Positions 56,422-64,000 of a stretch of 64,000 nt of DNA are shown in pieces. The position numbers and the translations under genes were made by a program. Where the stretch lies: contig DCKB01000008.1 of NCBI GenBank assembly GCA_002320595.1, positions 995-64,994 of the forward strand, in the 5' to 3' direction. Each line of letters starts with the position of its first letter. The stretch's first letter is position 1. The notes beneath the pieces were generated by a model. The model saw nothing but the letters and a program-made list of their open reading frames with translations, did not search any database and was not told the origin of the DNA. The DNA is from Christensenella sp. UBA1685 (GTDB lineage: Bacteria > Bacillota > Clostridia > Christensenellales > CAG-138).

Positions 56422-57612
56422 ATGGACCCCAACCGAATCCGCGCCGCGATCGACGGGATTTATGATGAAATTATCGCTCTGCGCCGCGACATCCACATGC
56501 ATCCGGAGCTTTCGCAGCAGGAAGAGCGCACAATGCATGTGATCAGCGATCGCCTTGCCGCGCTCAATATTCCGCATGAAACCAACGTGGCTGGCTATGG
56601 CGTCGTCGCTACGATCGGTTCCCCTTCGGCCAAGTATGCCATTGGGATCCGTGCCGATATCGACGCGCTTCCCATCCAGGAAGAAAACGACGTTCCCTAT
56701 GCCTCAAAGGTTCCGGGCGTAATGCATGCCTGCGGGCATGACGTCCACACAGCGATCCTCCTCGGCGCCGCGCAAATTCTCAAAAGCATGGAAGCGGAGC
56801 TGCCCGGCGCAGTGAAGCTCTTTTTCCAGCCGGCCGAGGAAACGGTTGGCGGCGCGCACGGAATGATCGAACATGGCTGCCTGAAAAATCCCTGCGTCAC
56901 ACGCGTGATGAGCCTCCATGTGGATCCGAATTACGAAACCGGCAAGGTGCTTGTCTGCAACGGAAAGATGAACGCTTCCACAACGGAGCTTTCCATCACC
57001 GTGAACGGCACCTCCTGCCACGGCGCGCACCCTGAAAAGGGCGTGGACTCCATCGTAGTGGCGGCACAGGTCATCAGCGCCCTCCAGAGCATCTCAAGCC
57101 GCTTCAGCGCGCCCACCACGCCTCTGATCGTAACGCTCGGAACGATCCATGGCGGAACGAAGGAAAACATCATCGCCGGCTCCGTTGAAATGCGTGGCAC
57201 CATTCGCGCGCTGGATTTCGCAACGCGCGATTTTGTAAAAGCCAAGGTGAAAGAAATCGCGCAAGGCACTGCCGCCGCATTCGGCGCGACAGCCACGGTG
57301 GAAATGTCCGATGGATATCCTCCCCTTGTGAACGACCGCGCGACTTCGCAGCGCCTTTCGGAGGTTGCTCAGGCGGCGCTCGGCGCGGAAAATGTCGTTT
57401 TCATGGAAGAACCCAGCCTCGGCGCGGACGATTTTGCGTATTTCACCGAGGCTGTTCCCGGAACATATTTCAACATTGGAACCGCAACCCCCGGGAATCC
57501 TCAGCCGCAGATGTTGCACAGCGAAACCTTCTGCCCTGACGAACGCTGCATCAAAACGGGCATACTGCTTGAGGTCTTGGGAACGCTTGCATTTTTGGAG
57601 GACGACAAATGA
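56422..57612 (+). CDS. M20-family amidohydrolase (N-acyl-amino-acid amidohydrolase type)
   Basis: ...IALRRDIHMHPELSQQE..., MHACGHDVH, dimerisation-lid layout of M20D enzymes. Confidence 0.85.
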   Translation: MDPNRIRAAIDGIYDEIIALRRDIHMHPELSQQEERTMHVISDRLAALNIPHETNVAGYGVVATIGSPSAKYAIGIRADIDALPIQEENDVPYASKVPGVMHACGHDVHTAILLGAAQILKSMEAELPGAVKLFFQPAEETVGGAHGMIEHGCLKNPCVTRVMSLHVDPNYETGKVLVCNGKMNASTTELSITVNGTSCHGAHPEKGVDSIVVAAQVISALQSISSRFSAPTTPLIVTLGTIHGGTKENIIAGSVEMRGTIRALDFATRDFVKAKVKEIAQGTAAAFGATATVEMSDGYPPLVNDRATSQRLSEVAQAALGAENVVFMEEPSLGADDFAYFTEAVPGTYFNIGTATPGNPQPQMLHSETFCPDERCIKTGILLEVLGTLAFLEDDK

Positions 57613-58739
57613 GCTGCGCACAGATTTATACAGACCCTGCCGCGCTCCCGCGCGACACCTACGTTCAGGTTGACCTCGCCGCGCTTGCCAGCAACATGGA
57701 TGCCATTCGCGCCATGGTTGGCCCGGAGGTCGCCGTCATGCCGGTCATCAAAGCAAACGGCTACGGCCTCGGCGCGGTTGGTATTGCCCCGACGCTGCTT
57801 GCCCACGGAGCATGCTGCCTTGCGGTCGCAACGCTGACCGAGGCGTTGGAACTGCGGGAAGCCTATCCGGATGCGCCGCTGTTCATCCTCGGCCATACGC
57901 CGGACAGGCTCCTTCCCGTCGTGGTGCGGGAATGCATTACGCAGACCATTTTTACCGCCGCACAGGGAAAACTGCTGAGCGAGGCGGCCTCCTGCCTTGG
58001 CACCCGCGCGAAAGTGCACCTCAAGGTGGATTCCGGCTTCCATCGCCTCGGCACGGAAAACGTGGAAGAACTTTTCTCCATTTGCAGGGAGCCGAACCTA
58101 GAAATTGAAGGCATTTTCTCCCACCTTGCCCTTGCGGGCGAGGAAGAGGATGCCCGACAATACGCCCGCTTCATGGCTGTCGTGGAAGCGCTTGAAGCGC
58201 GTGGCGTCTCCTTCCGCTATAAGCACCTCGCGGACAGTATCGCCGCCGTGGACTACCCGGAATACCGCATGAACATGATTCGCCCGGGCGCGCTCGTTTA
58301 CGGCCTCAGAGGGTTCCACAAAGGATATGTGGAGGTGAAGCAGGCCGTGTCCTTCATAACGCGGATTTCCCAGCTTCATCGCATAAAAAAAGGCGAAGGC
58401 GTGGGATATGATTATCTCTGGCGTGCGCCGGAAGATACGCTTGTCGGCACCGTTCCTTTCGGCTATGCAGACGGATACCCCCGCAACATGCGCGGCAAGG
58501 GCTACGTGACCATCCACGGGGTAAAATGCCCGCTCATCGGCGTGCTGTGCATGGATCAATGCATGGTGGATCTCACCGCTGTGCCGGATGCCCGGGAAGG
58601 TGACCTTGCGGTAATCTACGGTGACGGCACAAATAACACCATGAGCATTCAGGAGGCTTCCGAGCTTGCAGGCACAAACAAGAACGAGATCGTTGCCCGG
58701 CTGCTTCCCCGTCCGCCGCGCGTGTACATCAACGGCTAA
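57609..58739 (+). CDS. alr: alanine racemase
   Basis: PLP-lysine motif VMPVIKANGYGLG. 376 aa. The start overlaps the M20 stop as ATGA. Confidence 0.9.
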   Translation: MSCAQIYTDPAALPRDTYVQVDLAALASNMDAIRAMVGPEVAVMPVIKANGYGLGAVGIAPTLLAHGACCLAVATLTEALELREAYPDAPLFILGHTPDRLLPVVVRECITQTIFTAAQGKLLSEAASCLGTRAKVHLKVDSGFHRLGTENVEELFSICREPNLEIEGIFSHLALAGEEEDARQYARFMAVVEALEARGVSFRYKHLADSIAAVDYPEYRMNMIRPGALVYGLRGFHKGYVEVKQAVSFITRISQLHRIKKGEGVGYDYLWRAPEDTLVGTVPFGYADGYPRNMRGKGYVTIHGVKCPLIGVLCMDQCMVDLTAVPDAREGDLAVIYGDGTNNTMSIQEASELAGTNKNEIVARLLPRPPRVYING

Positions 58740-58824
58740 CCTCAGAAACAGCTTGCGCAGCCGGTATGGCGGCGATGCGTTTCAAAGGCAGGCCTTCCCG
58801 GCATGCAGGATGGACTGCACCGCG

Positions 58825-58971
58825 TGTCGAAAAAGTGGCGAAAAGCCACTTTTTCGAGTTTTCACAGCGTTTGCCTCCCCTGACGCTCCCGGGCGGCAAA
58901 CGCCGGAGCCGGAATGAAGTCAAGGGGCTGCGGCTCTTTGACAATCCCGGGGCTTTTCGACAGGCTGAGGC
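58825..58971 (-). repeat. MITE-like intergenic repeat, copy B (about 147 bp, inverted relative to copy A)
   Basis: Its reverse complement aligns to copy A from CAGCCTGTCGAAAAG... to ...GCCACTTTTTCGACAC. The hairpin TCGAAAAAGTGGC-gaaaa-GCCACTTTTTCGA (58828-58856) followed by GTTTT sits where the alr terminator is expected. Confidence 0.7.
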
Positions 58972-59012
58972 TCCGCATAAAACCATGCGGAGCCTTGCTT
59001 TGGTTTGGATGC

Positions 59013-60152
59013 CTATTTTTTCACCGCCGTTATGGCGCGGAACACCTGCTCCACACGGGAAGCAAGGTTCCGCCGGGCACGCCCCGGCTCCATGGCCTCC
59101 GCAAGCGCAAGCGGAGCCTGCGGGATGGCAAAATAAGCGTCAATTCCGCTTTGATTCACGGCCGCAGCATCGTCCGCCGTCGCGCCCGCAAAGGCAAGCG
59201 TCACCGCGCCGCACCGCTTGCCGAGCTGCGCTATGCCTATGGGCGCTTTTCCCATCGCCGTTTGGAAATCCATGCGGCCTTCCCCCGTTATAACAAAATC
59301 CGCCCCATCCATATCGTCCGCGATGTGGATGGCATCGAGCACCAACGCGATTCCCGGTTCCAGCACCGCGGGCAAAAAGCTGATGAATGCATATCCAAGG
59401 CCGCCTGCAGCTCCCGAGCCCGGAAGCTGGTCCCCGCTTCTCCCGAATTGATGTTTCACCACTTCCGAAAAATGCCGCAGGCCATCATCCAGCTCTGCTG
59501 CAATCTCCGGCGTCGCCCCCTTTTGCGGGCCGTATATGCACGACGCGCCATTTGGCCCAAAGAGCGGGTTACTTACATCGCACGCAATCCGAAAGCGGCA
59601 TTGCTCAAGGCGCGCATCTGCCCCGGAAGCGTCGATGCATGCCACCCGGCCGGCTGCGCGGCCGTCAATCCCCGCGCTTTCCCCCGCCGCTGTAAGGAAG
59701 CGGAACCCAAGCGCCGTAAGCATGCCGATTCCCCCGTCGTTCGTGGCGCTGCCGCCGATCCCGATCAAAAACGAACGGCAGCCGCGTTCAAGCGCGTGAA
59801 GGATCATTTCACCCAAACCATAGGTCGTGGTAAACCGCGGGTTGCGCTTTTCCGGCGGCACAAGCGGCAAGCCGCTGCAGCTCGCCATCTCCATGACCGC
59901 CATCCCGCCGGGCAGCATACCATATGCGCAGCACACAGGTTCTCCAAGCGGCCCGGTTACGCATACGGGCATCTTTTCTCCCGCAAGCCCTTCCACAAGC
60001 GCATCCACAGTGCCTTCTCCTCCGTCCGCAACCGGGCGGACGATAACCTCCGCTTCCGGAACTGCCCGCAGCACGCCCTCCCGCACTGCGTTTCCTGCCT
60101 GAACCGAAGAAAGGCTCCCTTTAAAAGAGTCAATTGCGACAACAACCTTCAT
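59013..60152 (-). CDS. glxK: glycerate kinase
   Basis: MKVVVAIDSFKGSLSS... N-terminus and 379-aa length are typical of GlxK/GarK. Confidence 0.9.
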   Translation of the reverse strand: MKVVVAIDSFKGSLSSVQAGNAVREGVLRAVPEAEVIVRPVADGGEGTVDALVEGLAGEKMPVCVTGPLGEPVCCAYGMLPGGMAVMEMASCSGLPLVPPEKRNPRFTTTYGLGEMILHALERGCRSFLIGIGGSATNDGGIGMLTALGFRFLTAAGESAGIDGRAAGRVACIDASGADARLEQCRFRIACDVSNPLFGPNGASCIYGPQKGATPEIAAELDDGLRHFSEVVKHQFGRSGDQLPGSGAAGGLGYAFISFLPAVLEPGIALVLDAIHIADDMDGADFVITGEGRMDFQTAMGKAPIGIAQLGKRCGAVTLAFAGATADDAAAVNQSGIDAYFAIPQAPLALAEAMEPGRARRNLASRVEQVFRAITAVKK

Positions 60153-60199
60153 GTTTCATCCCCTCCCCCAAAGACAGCGCAGTTGGATTTGTTTGAATA

Positions 60200-61360
60200 T
60201 CAATTATGCATCGTATCCCGAATTTCACGGTAAAAGTAAATTGCAATATAAAACAGGGATGAATGCCGGATGGAACGCGGGTCATATCCGGTGCGCTCCG
60301 CGATGCGCCTGAGCTTATATTGCAGCGTATTTTTGTGGATGAAAAGCCGTTCTGCCGTTTTTGTGATCGACCCGTCATGGTCGTAAAAGATCTCAAGCAT
60401 GGTCAGTTGCTGCGCAATTTCCGCATCGGTGAATCCACGCATGATCTTGCGCACATATTCCTGCTTGGTCACGGCATCCACCTGGTCCGCAAACACCTCC
60501 ATGTTCAAATCTCCATATTTCCGAATGAACCACTTATGCGTGCGCATGCAGGCAGCCAGCGCACGTTCTGCCTTCACGCAATTCCGGTGCATTTCGGTGT
60601 AATCCGCCGGAGTGTCATCGATCCCGATGGCAAGGCATAAATGGTATTCCCGCTCTACGCGCGCCTGCAGTGCTGCGGCAATGCGCTCAAGCTCAGCGTC
60701 GCTTTGCGGCGTGACCATACAAATCAGCTTGGAGGCGGAGCGCAAAAACAGGTTGTTTTCATCCATGCACCCGATGTACCGCTCAATCATCTGCTCTGCG
60801 GAATCAATCGCACGCAGCGTCGCCATGTCCTGCGCATTTTGGGGGTGATATGCGCTGCACGCAAGAACCCTGCGCGGGATCAGGATATCCATATTCAGTT
60901 CTCTGCCGCGTTCTGCGAATGCAGCATCGATATTTTTAGGGTCGCCGTTAAGCCACTCGTCCAAATAGCGGTTGCGCACATTTTCTCCGGTCAACCGCTC
61001 GTATGCGCGGTGTGCTTCTGAAAGCATCAGTTCCGCCATGCGCTGGATCACACGCGCTTTGTCCGCAATTTTTTCATAGTCCCCCGCAACGCTGAGCACT
61101 CCCAGCACCTGACCTGCGGCTGCAATCGGACAATTCAGGCCGGGCGGCACGCGATCAAGCCGGCCGTCCTCCCGGACAATCAGTTCCGGCAGGTGCTGCG
61201 AAAGAACCATCCATGCGCCCTCATGGAAGCCGCCGACGCACGCTGCGTCCGATGCGGCAATAATGATTCCGCGCTGATCCATGATGCTGATCTTCTCAGG
61301 AATCACCGCATTTGCCTCCGTTACGATCCGTTCTGCCAGCTGTGTGGACAACAGTTCCAT
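60200..61360 (-). CDS. cdaR: CdaR/PucR-family sugar-diacid regulator
   Basis: N-terminal diacid-recognition domain (LAERIVTEANAVIPEKISIMDQRGIIIAASD) and a C-terminal PucR HTH (LFIHKNTLQYKLRRIAERTG). It lies adjacent to glycerate kinase. Confidence 0.85.
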   Translation of the reverse strand: MELLSTQLAERIVTEANAVIPEKISIMDQRGIIIAASDAACVGGFHEGAWMVLSQHLPELIVREDGRLDRVPPGLNCPIAAAGQVLGVLSVAGDYEKIADKARVIQRMAELMLSEAHRAYERLTGENVRNRYLDEWLNGDPKNIDAAFAERGRELNMDILIPRRVLACSAYHPQNAQDMATLRAIDSAEQMIERYIGCMDENNLFLRSASKLICMVTPQSDAELERIAAALQARVEREYHLCLAIGIDDTPADYTEMHRNCVKAERALAACMRTHKWFIRKYGDLNMEVFADQVDAVTKQEYVRKIMRGFTDAEIAQQLTMLEIFYDHDGSITKTAERLFIHKNTLQYKLRRIAERTGYDPRSIRHSSLFYIAIYFYREIRDTMHN

Positions 61361-61442
61361 GGGTTCCCTCTTCTTCCCGCGCGCCTCGCCCTTATTTCTA
61401 ATTCATTCTTTATTTTTCGGATTTTGCCGCTATAATTATAGC

Positions 61443-62354
61443 ATGTACGATCTCATTAAAAAAGAAGCCTCTTCCTGCGGATTCGCAGAAGTGTTCTTTC
61501 TAAAGCCGCTCCGGCTGGACGCCTGGCATACCCGGGCGGCGCATCTCGGCGTGGGCGCATCCCTGCGGTTTGATGTGCCTGCTGCTTATCCGGGCGCAAG
61601 CTGTATCCTGCTTTTGGTTTACGCATATGCGCCGTTCCCGGCCGGGGAACGTTTGAGCGCCTACTACCTTGCAAGCCAGCGCGGCTACCTTGCCTCGCAA
61701 GCGCTCGTGAAGGCGCTCTGCGCTTCCGGCATTCCCTGCGAAATTGCTGCCGTCCCCGCACGTGCGCTTGCCCTTGCAAACGGTGTTGGCGTTGCCGGCA
61801 AAAACGGGCTTTTGCGCATCGGCGCGTTCGGCTCGCGTTTCGCGCTTTATACGCTTGCTACAAGCGCATGTATGCCGCGCATAGAAGTTCCCGCAACCGC
61901 ATCCTGTCCCGCTCAATGCGATGCGTGTATGCGTGCCTGCCCAATGGGCGCGATCACGCCAGAAGGGATTGATGCGGCGCACTGCATGCGTTATTTTATG
62001 GATGGTGCGGAATATCCGTTTTCCGTTTATCAGGCGCAGAGCACGCACATGGGCTGCGAAGTCTGCCAGGCCGTGTGTCCGCAAAATGCGCAGCTTGCAA
62101 AACGCATCCCCGAAGAAGCGGAGCAGGCGGCATTTGCCTTGCCGCGTCTTATCGCAGGAGATGCGGCGGCGGCACGTTCACTTGTTGGCCGGAATCTGAC
62201 GGGAAACGGCAAACTAACGGCGGAGGCCATTTGTTTTGCCGCGCGCGCGGGGCTTCACGAAGCGGAAATCCGTACCGCGCTCATGGCTTCCCCGTTCCCG
62301 GCGGTAAAAAGGGCGGCAGCATGGGCTTTAGAACAGTATTTCATCAAAAAATAA
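61443..62354 (+). CDS. queG: epoxyqueuosine reductase-like 4Fe-4S protein
   Basis: Two ferredoxin motifs (CPAQCDACMRACP, CEVCQAVCPQN) and a C-terminal HEAT-like AVKRAAAWAL. Start at ATG 61443 (MYDLIKKEA...); no SD is visible. Confidence 0.6.
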   Translation: MYDLIKKEASSCGFAEVFFLKPLRLDAWHTRAAHLGVGASLRFDVPAAYPGASCILLLVYAYAPFPAGERLSAYYLASQRGYLASQALVKALCASGIPCEIAAVPARALALANGVGVAGKNGLLRIGAFGSRFALYTLATSACMPRIEVPATASCPAQCDACMRACPMGAITPEGIDAAHCMRYFMDGAEYPFSVYQAQSTHMGCEVCQAVCPQNAQLAKRIPEEAEQAAFALPRLIAGDAAAARSLVGRNLTGNGKLTAEAICFAARAGLHEAEIRTALMASPFPAVKRAAAWALEQYFIKK

Positions 62355-62481
62355 TAGTTCTTTGAGGCTTTTGTAACAGTTTTGTGATACATTTTTCCGC
62401 TGCGTGGTGTATACTAAATTTGCAAGTGAGAAAACTGGCAGTGATGAAAGTTCCCCCCCTTTCAAACCAACCGTTTTCAGC

Positions 62482-62511
62482 GGCTCCTTCTTTTGAAGGA
62501 GTCGTTTTTTT
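62482..62511 (+). terminator. intrinsic terminator about 130 nt downstream of queG
   Basis: GGCTCCTTC-tttt-GAAGGAGTC, with one G-U pair, followed by GTTTTTTT. Confidence 0.6.
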
Positions 62512-62522
62512 GTGTTTTCCGC

Positions 62523-62551
62523 TTGCATTCGGACGCGATACAAGGTAGAAT
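62523..62551 (+). promoter_or_regulatory. sigma-A promoter of the SRP RNA gene
   Basis: TTGCAT (62523-62528), a 17-nt spacer, then TAGAAT (62546-62551). The predicted transcription start coincides with the 5' end of the SRP RNA helix. Confidence 0.6.
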
Positions 62552-62557
62552 AGTCAT

Positions 62558-62827
62558 GCCGCGCTAGGCGGGGAGTTAGCGGTGCCCTATACCTGCAATC
62601 CGCTACAGCAGGGTACAATCCCCGTTTTGAGGCTTGAGCTTGTGGGGTCTGGGATCGGCAAGGAGCGTTGATCGCCGGGTCCTGTGCAATCGGCATCTGT
62701 GAACCATGTCAGGTCCTGACGGAAGCAGCATTAAGCGGAGCAGCCGATGTGCCGCGGGTTTGCCTGGCAGGAGCCGCCTGCCGTATATTCCGCCCGGAAG
62801 CGCATTGCCGAGAAACGGGTGCGCGGC
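62558..62827 (+). ncRNA. ffs: signal recognition particle RNA, long (Bacillus-type, with Alu domain)
   Basis: GCCGCGCTAGGCGGGGAGTTAGCGGTGCCCTATACCTGCAATCCGCT (Alu domain), GTGAACCATGTCAGGTCCTGACGGAAGCAGCATTAAG (domain IV) and GTGCCGCGGGTTTGCCTGG. The 5' GCCGCGC pairs with the 3' GCGCGGC. Near-colinear with B. subtilis scRNA as I remember it. Confidence 0.9.
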
Positions 62828-62828
62828 A

Positions 62829-62872
62829 AGCAAAAGCGCGATGGAACAAATTCCATCGCGCTTTTGCTTACT
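62829..62872 (+). terminator. intrinsic terminator after ffs
   Basis: AGCAAAAGCGCGATGGAA-caaa-TTCCATCGCGCTTTTGCT forms an 18-bp perfect stem, followed by TACTTT. Confidence 0.7.
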
Positions 62873-62950
62873 TTCCGCACATGCCCTATGATACTTTCCC
62901 AGCCAGGAGGGTAAGCCGATGCTTCCGGAAGAAATCACTTTTTTGAAAAA

Positions 62951-63292
62951 ATGCCTTCCATGTTGTCCGTCTATCAGGCGCTTCGCGATCAGTTGGTAAA
63001 ACGCTGTCCTACGCTGCAAATCAAGGTCAGCAAAACTCAAATTTCATTTCGCAACAGGCATATTTTTGCAATGGCGTCGCTCCCCTTCCGCCGCGCAAAG
63101 GGCTGGCCCGAATGCTGCCTGATCGTTTCATTCGGCTTATGTTGCCGTTTGGATTCGCCGCGCATCGTCCAAGCGGCCGAGCCTTATCCGAACCGCTGGA
63201 CACACCATGTGCTCGTTACGCAGTGCGCAGAGGTCGATGCAGAGCTCCTTGCCTGGCTTGATGAAGCATATCGCTTCGCAATGGCGAAATAG
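62951..63292 (+). CDS. hypothetical protein (DUF5655-like)
   Basis: A 113-aa ORF with ...LQIKVSKTQISFRNRHIFAMA... and a C-terminal ...DAELLAWLDEAYRFA, as in DUF5655-type proteins. The start is problematic (see findings). Confidence 0.45.
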   Translation: MPSMLSVYQALRDQLVKRCPTLQIKVSKTQISFRNRHIFAMASLPFRRAKGWPECCLIVSFGLCCRLDSPRIVQAAEPYPNRWTHHVLVTQCAEVDAELLAWLDEAYRFAMAK

Positions 63293-63296
63293 CACT

Positions 63297-63671
63297 TCAC
63301 CTCAGCTTTGCCATAAACCTTTCGTTGTTTATGATAAAGCGCTCGTGCGTGCCTTCGCCTACCGTGCCTCGCGCATCGTACACATGCAGTGCAAACACCA
63401 GCCTGCGCCGGTCGATTTCAGAAAGTTCGCTTTCGCAGGTCACTTCTCCGCCCACAGCTGTCGCCGCAACATGCTTCACTTCAATTCGCGTGCCAACCGT
63501 GCCCTCCCCCTCAGCGAGATAGGGCTGAACGCTTTCCATCGCCGTGCGTTCCATCAGGGCGACCATCGCAGGCGTGGCAAACACAGGCAACGTTCCGCTT
63601 CCGTGCGCCTGCGCCGTATCCGCTTCGCGGACAACGTAGGATCTTTTATTTTTCAGGCCAATTTCCAGCAT
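63297..63671 (-). CDS. hotdog-fold thioesterase family protein
   Basis: About 124 aa. ...TAQAHGSGTLPVFATPAMVALMERTA...GTRIEVKHVAAT... resembles the fluoroacetyl-CoA-thioesterase-like hotdog family. Start at ATG 63671, 5 nt after GGAGG. It lies downstream of a thiolase gene. Confidence 0.6.
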   Translation of the reverse strand: MLEIGLKNKRSYVVREADTAQAHGSGTLPVFATPAMVALMERTAMESVQPYLAEGEGTVGTRIEVKHVAATAVGGEVTCESELSEIDRRRLVFALHVYDARGTVGEGTHERFIINNERFMAKLR

Positions 63672-63732
63672 ACCATCCTCCATGAAAAAGCAGGGCGGCT
63701 CTTTTGAGCCGCCCGCAAAAGGTAAAGTAAGG

Positions 63733-64000
<268 letters not shown>

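Noticed and set aside
58914-60233. 439-aa + strand ORF
   Set aside because: It is antisense to glycerate kinase. Its 5' end merely runs through MITE copy B.
61429-61445. Possible leaderless queG mRNA, with TATAAT 8 nt upstream of the ATG and no SD
   Set aside because: I found no convincing -35 or extended -10 element. The start-codon choice itself is uncertain, so the evidence is too weak to claim.
62355-62511. Possible small RNA or 34-codon ORF (MKVPPLSNQ...) between queG and ffs, ending at the 62482-62511 terminator
   Set aside because: I could find no promoter with proper spacing, and the ORF has no SD. The hairpin is most simply the queG terminator.

Overview
This window reads as a chromosomal segment from a high-GC, Firmicutes/Clostridia-type genome. 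The taxon call is an inference from three things: a long Bacillus-type SRP RNA with an Alu domain, an L20-leader-type infC operon, and GGAGG Shine-Dalgarno sites. About 57-62% G+C is what I get by hand-counting sample 60-nt lines. Most of the content is housekeeping. It includes pbp2-mreD-mreC-mreB, infC-rpmI-rplT with a leader attenuator, and dgt-dnaG-rpoD. It also has trmK-nif3-zinc-ribbon followed by RNase P RNA, plus SRP RNA, efp, ppdK, recO, alr, pncB, lgt, dinB, pepF, alaX and pgsA.

Two stretches have clearly lower G+C. The first is 1 to about 8,300, which carries a peptide ABC importer, a cytoplasmic class-A beta-lactamase-fold hydrolase, the M55 D-aminopeptidase DppA and an AraC regulator, and ends at a decayed polysaccharide-deacetylase remnant. 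The second is about 45,700-47,170, a single frameshifted secreted amidase gene.

I found no CRISPR array, tRNA, rRNA, transposase, integrase or recognisable defence system. I cannot point to a clear-cut novel multi-gene system. The most unusual items are:
- A previously unannotated MITE-like repeat of about 150-200 bp, with GTCGAAAAAG terminal inverted repeats. It is present twice in inverted orientation and brackets the 7-kb ppdK-recO-alr block.
- An in-frame Maf + DUF5071-like + NUDIX tri-domain fusion whose middle module is compositionally foreign.
- infC with an ATA start codon behind a consensus promoter and a terminator-type leader.
- Two genes whose SD-bearing start or signal peptide sits in a different frame from the body.

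Family names come from motifs I recognise by eye; no database search was run. Start codons were chosen by SD spacing and may be off by a few codons. Many long ORFs in the track are mirror-strand artefacts of the high G+C content and are rejected.
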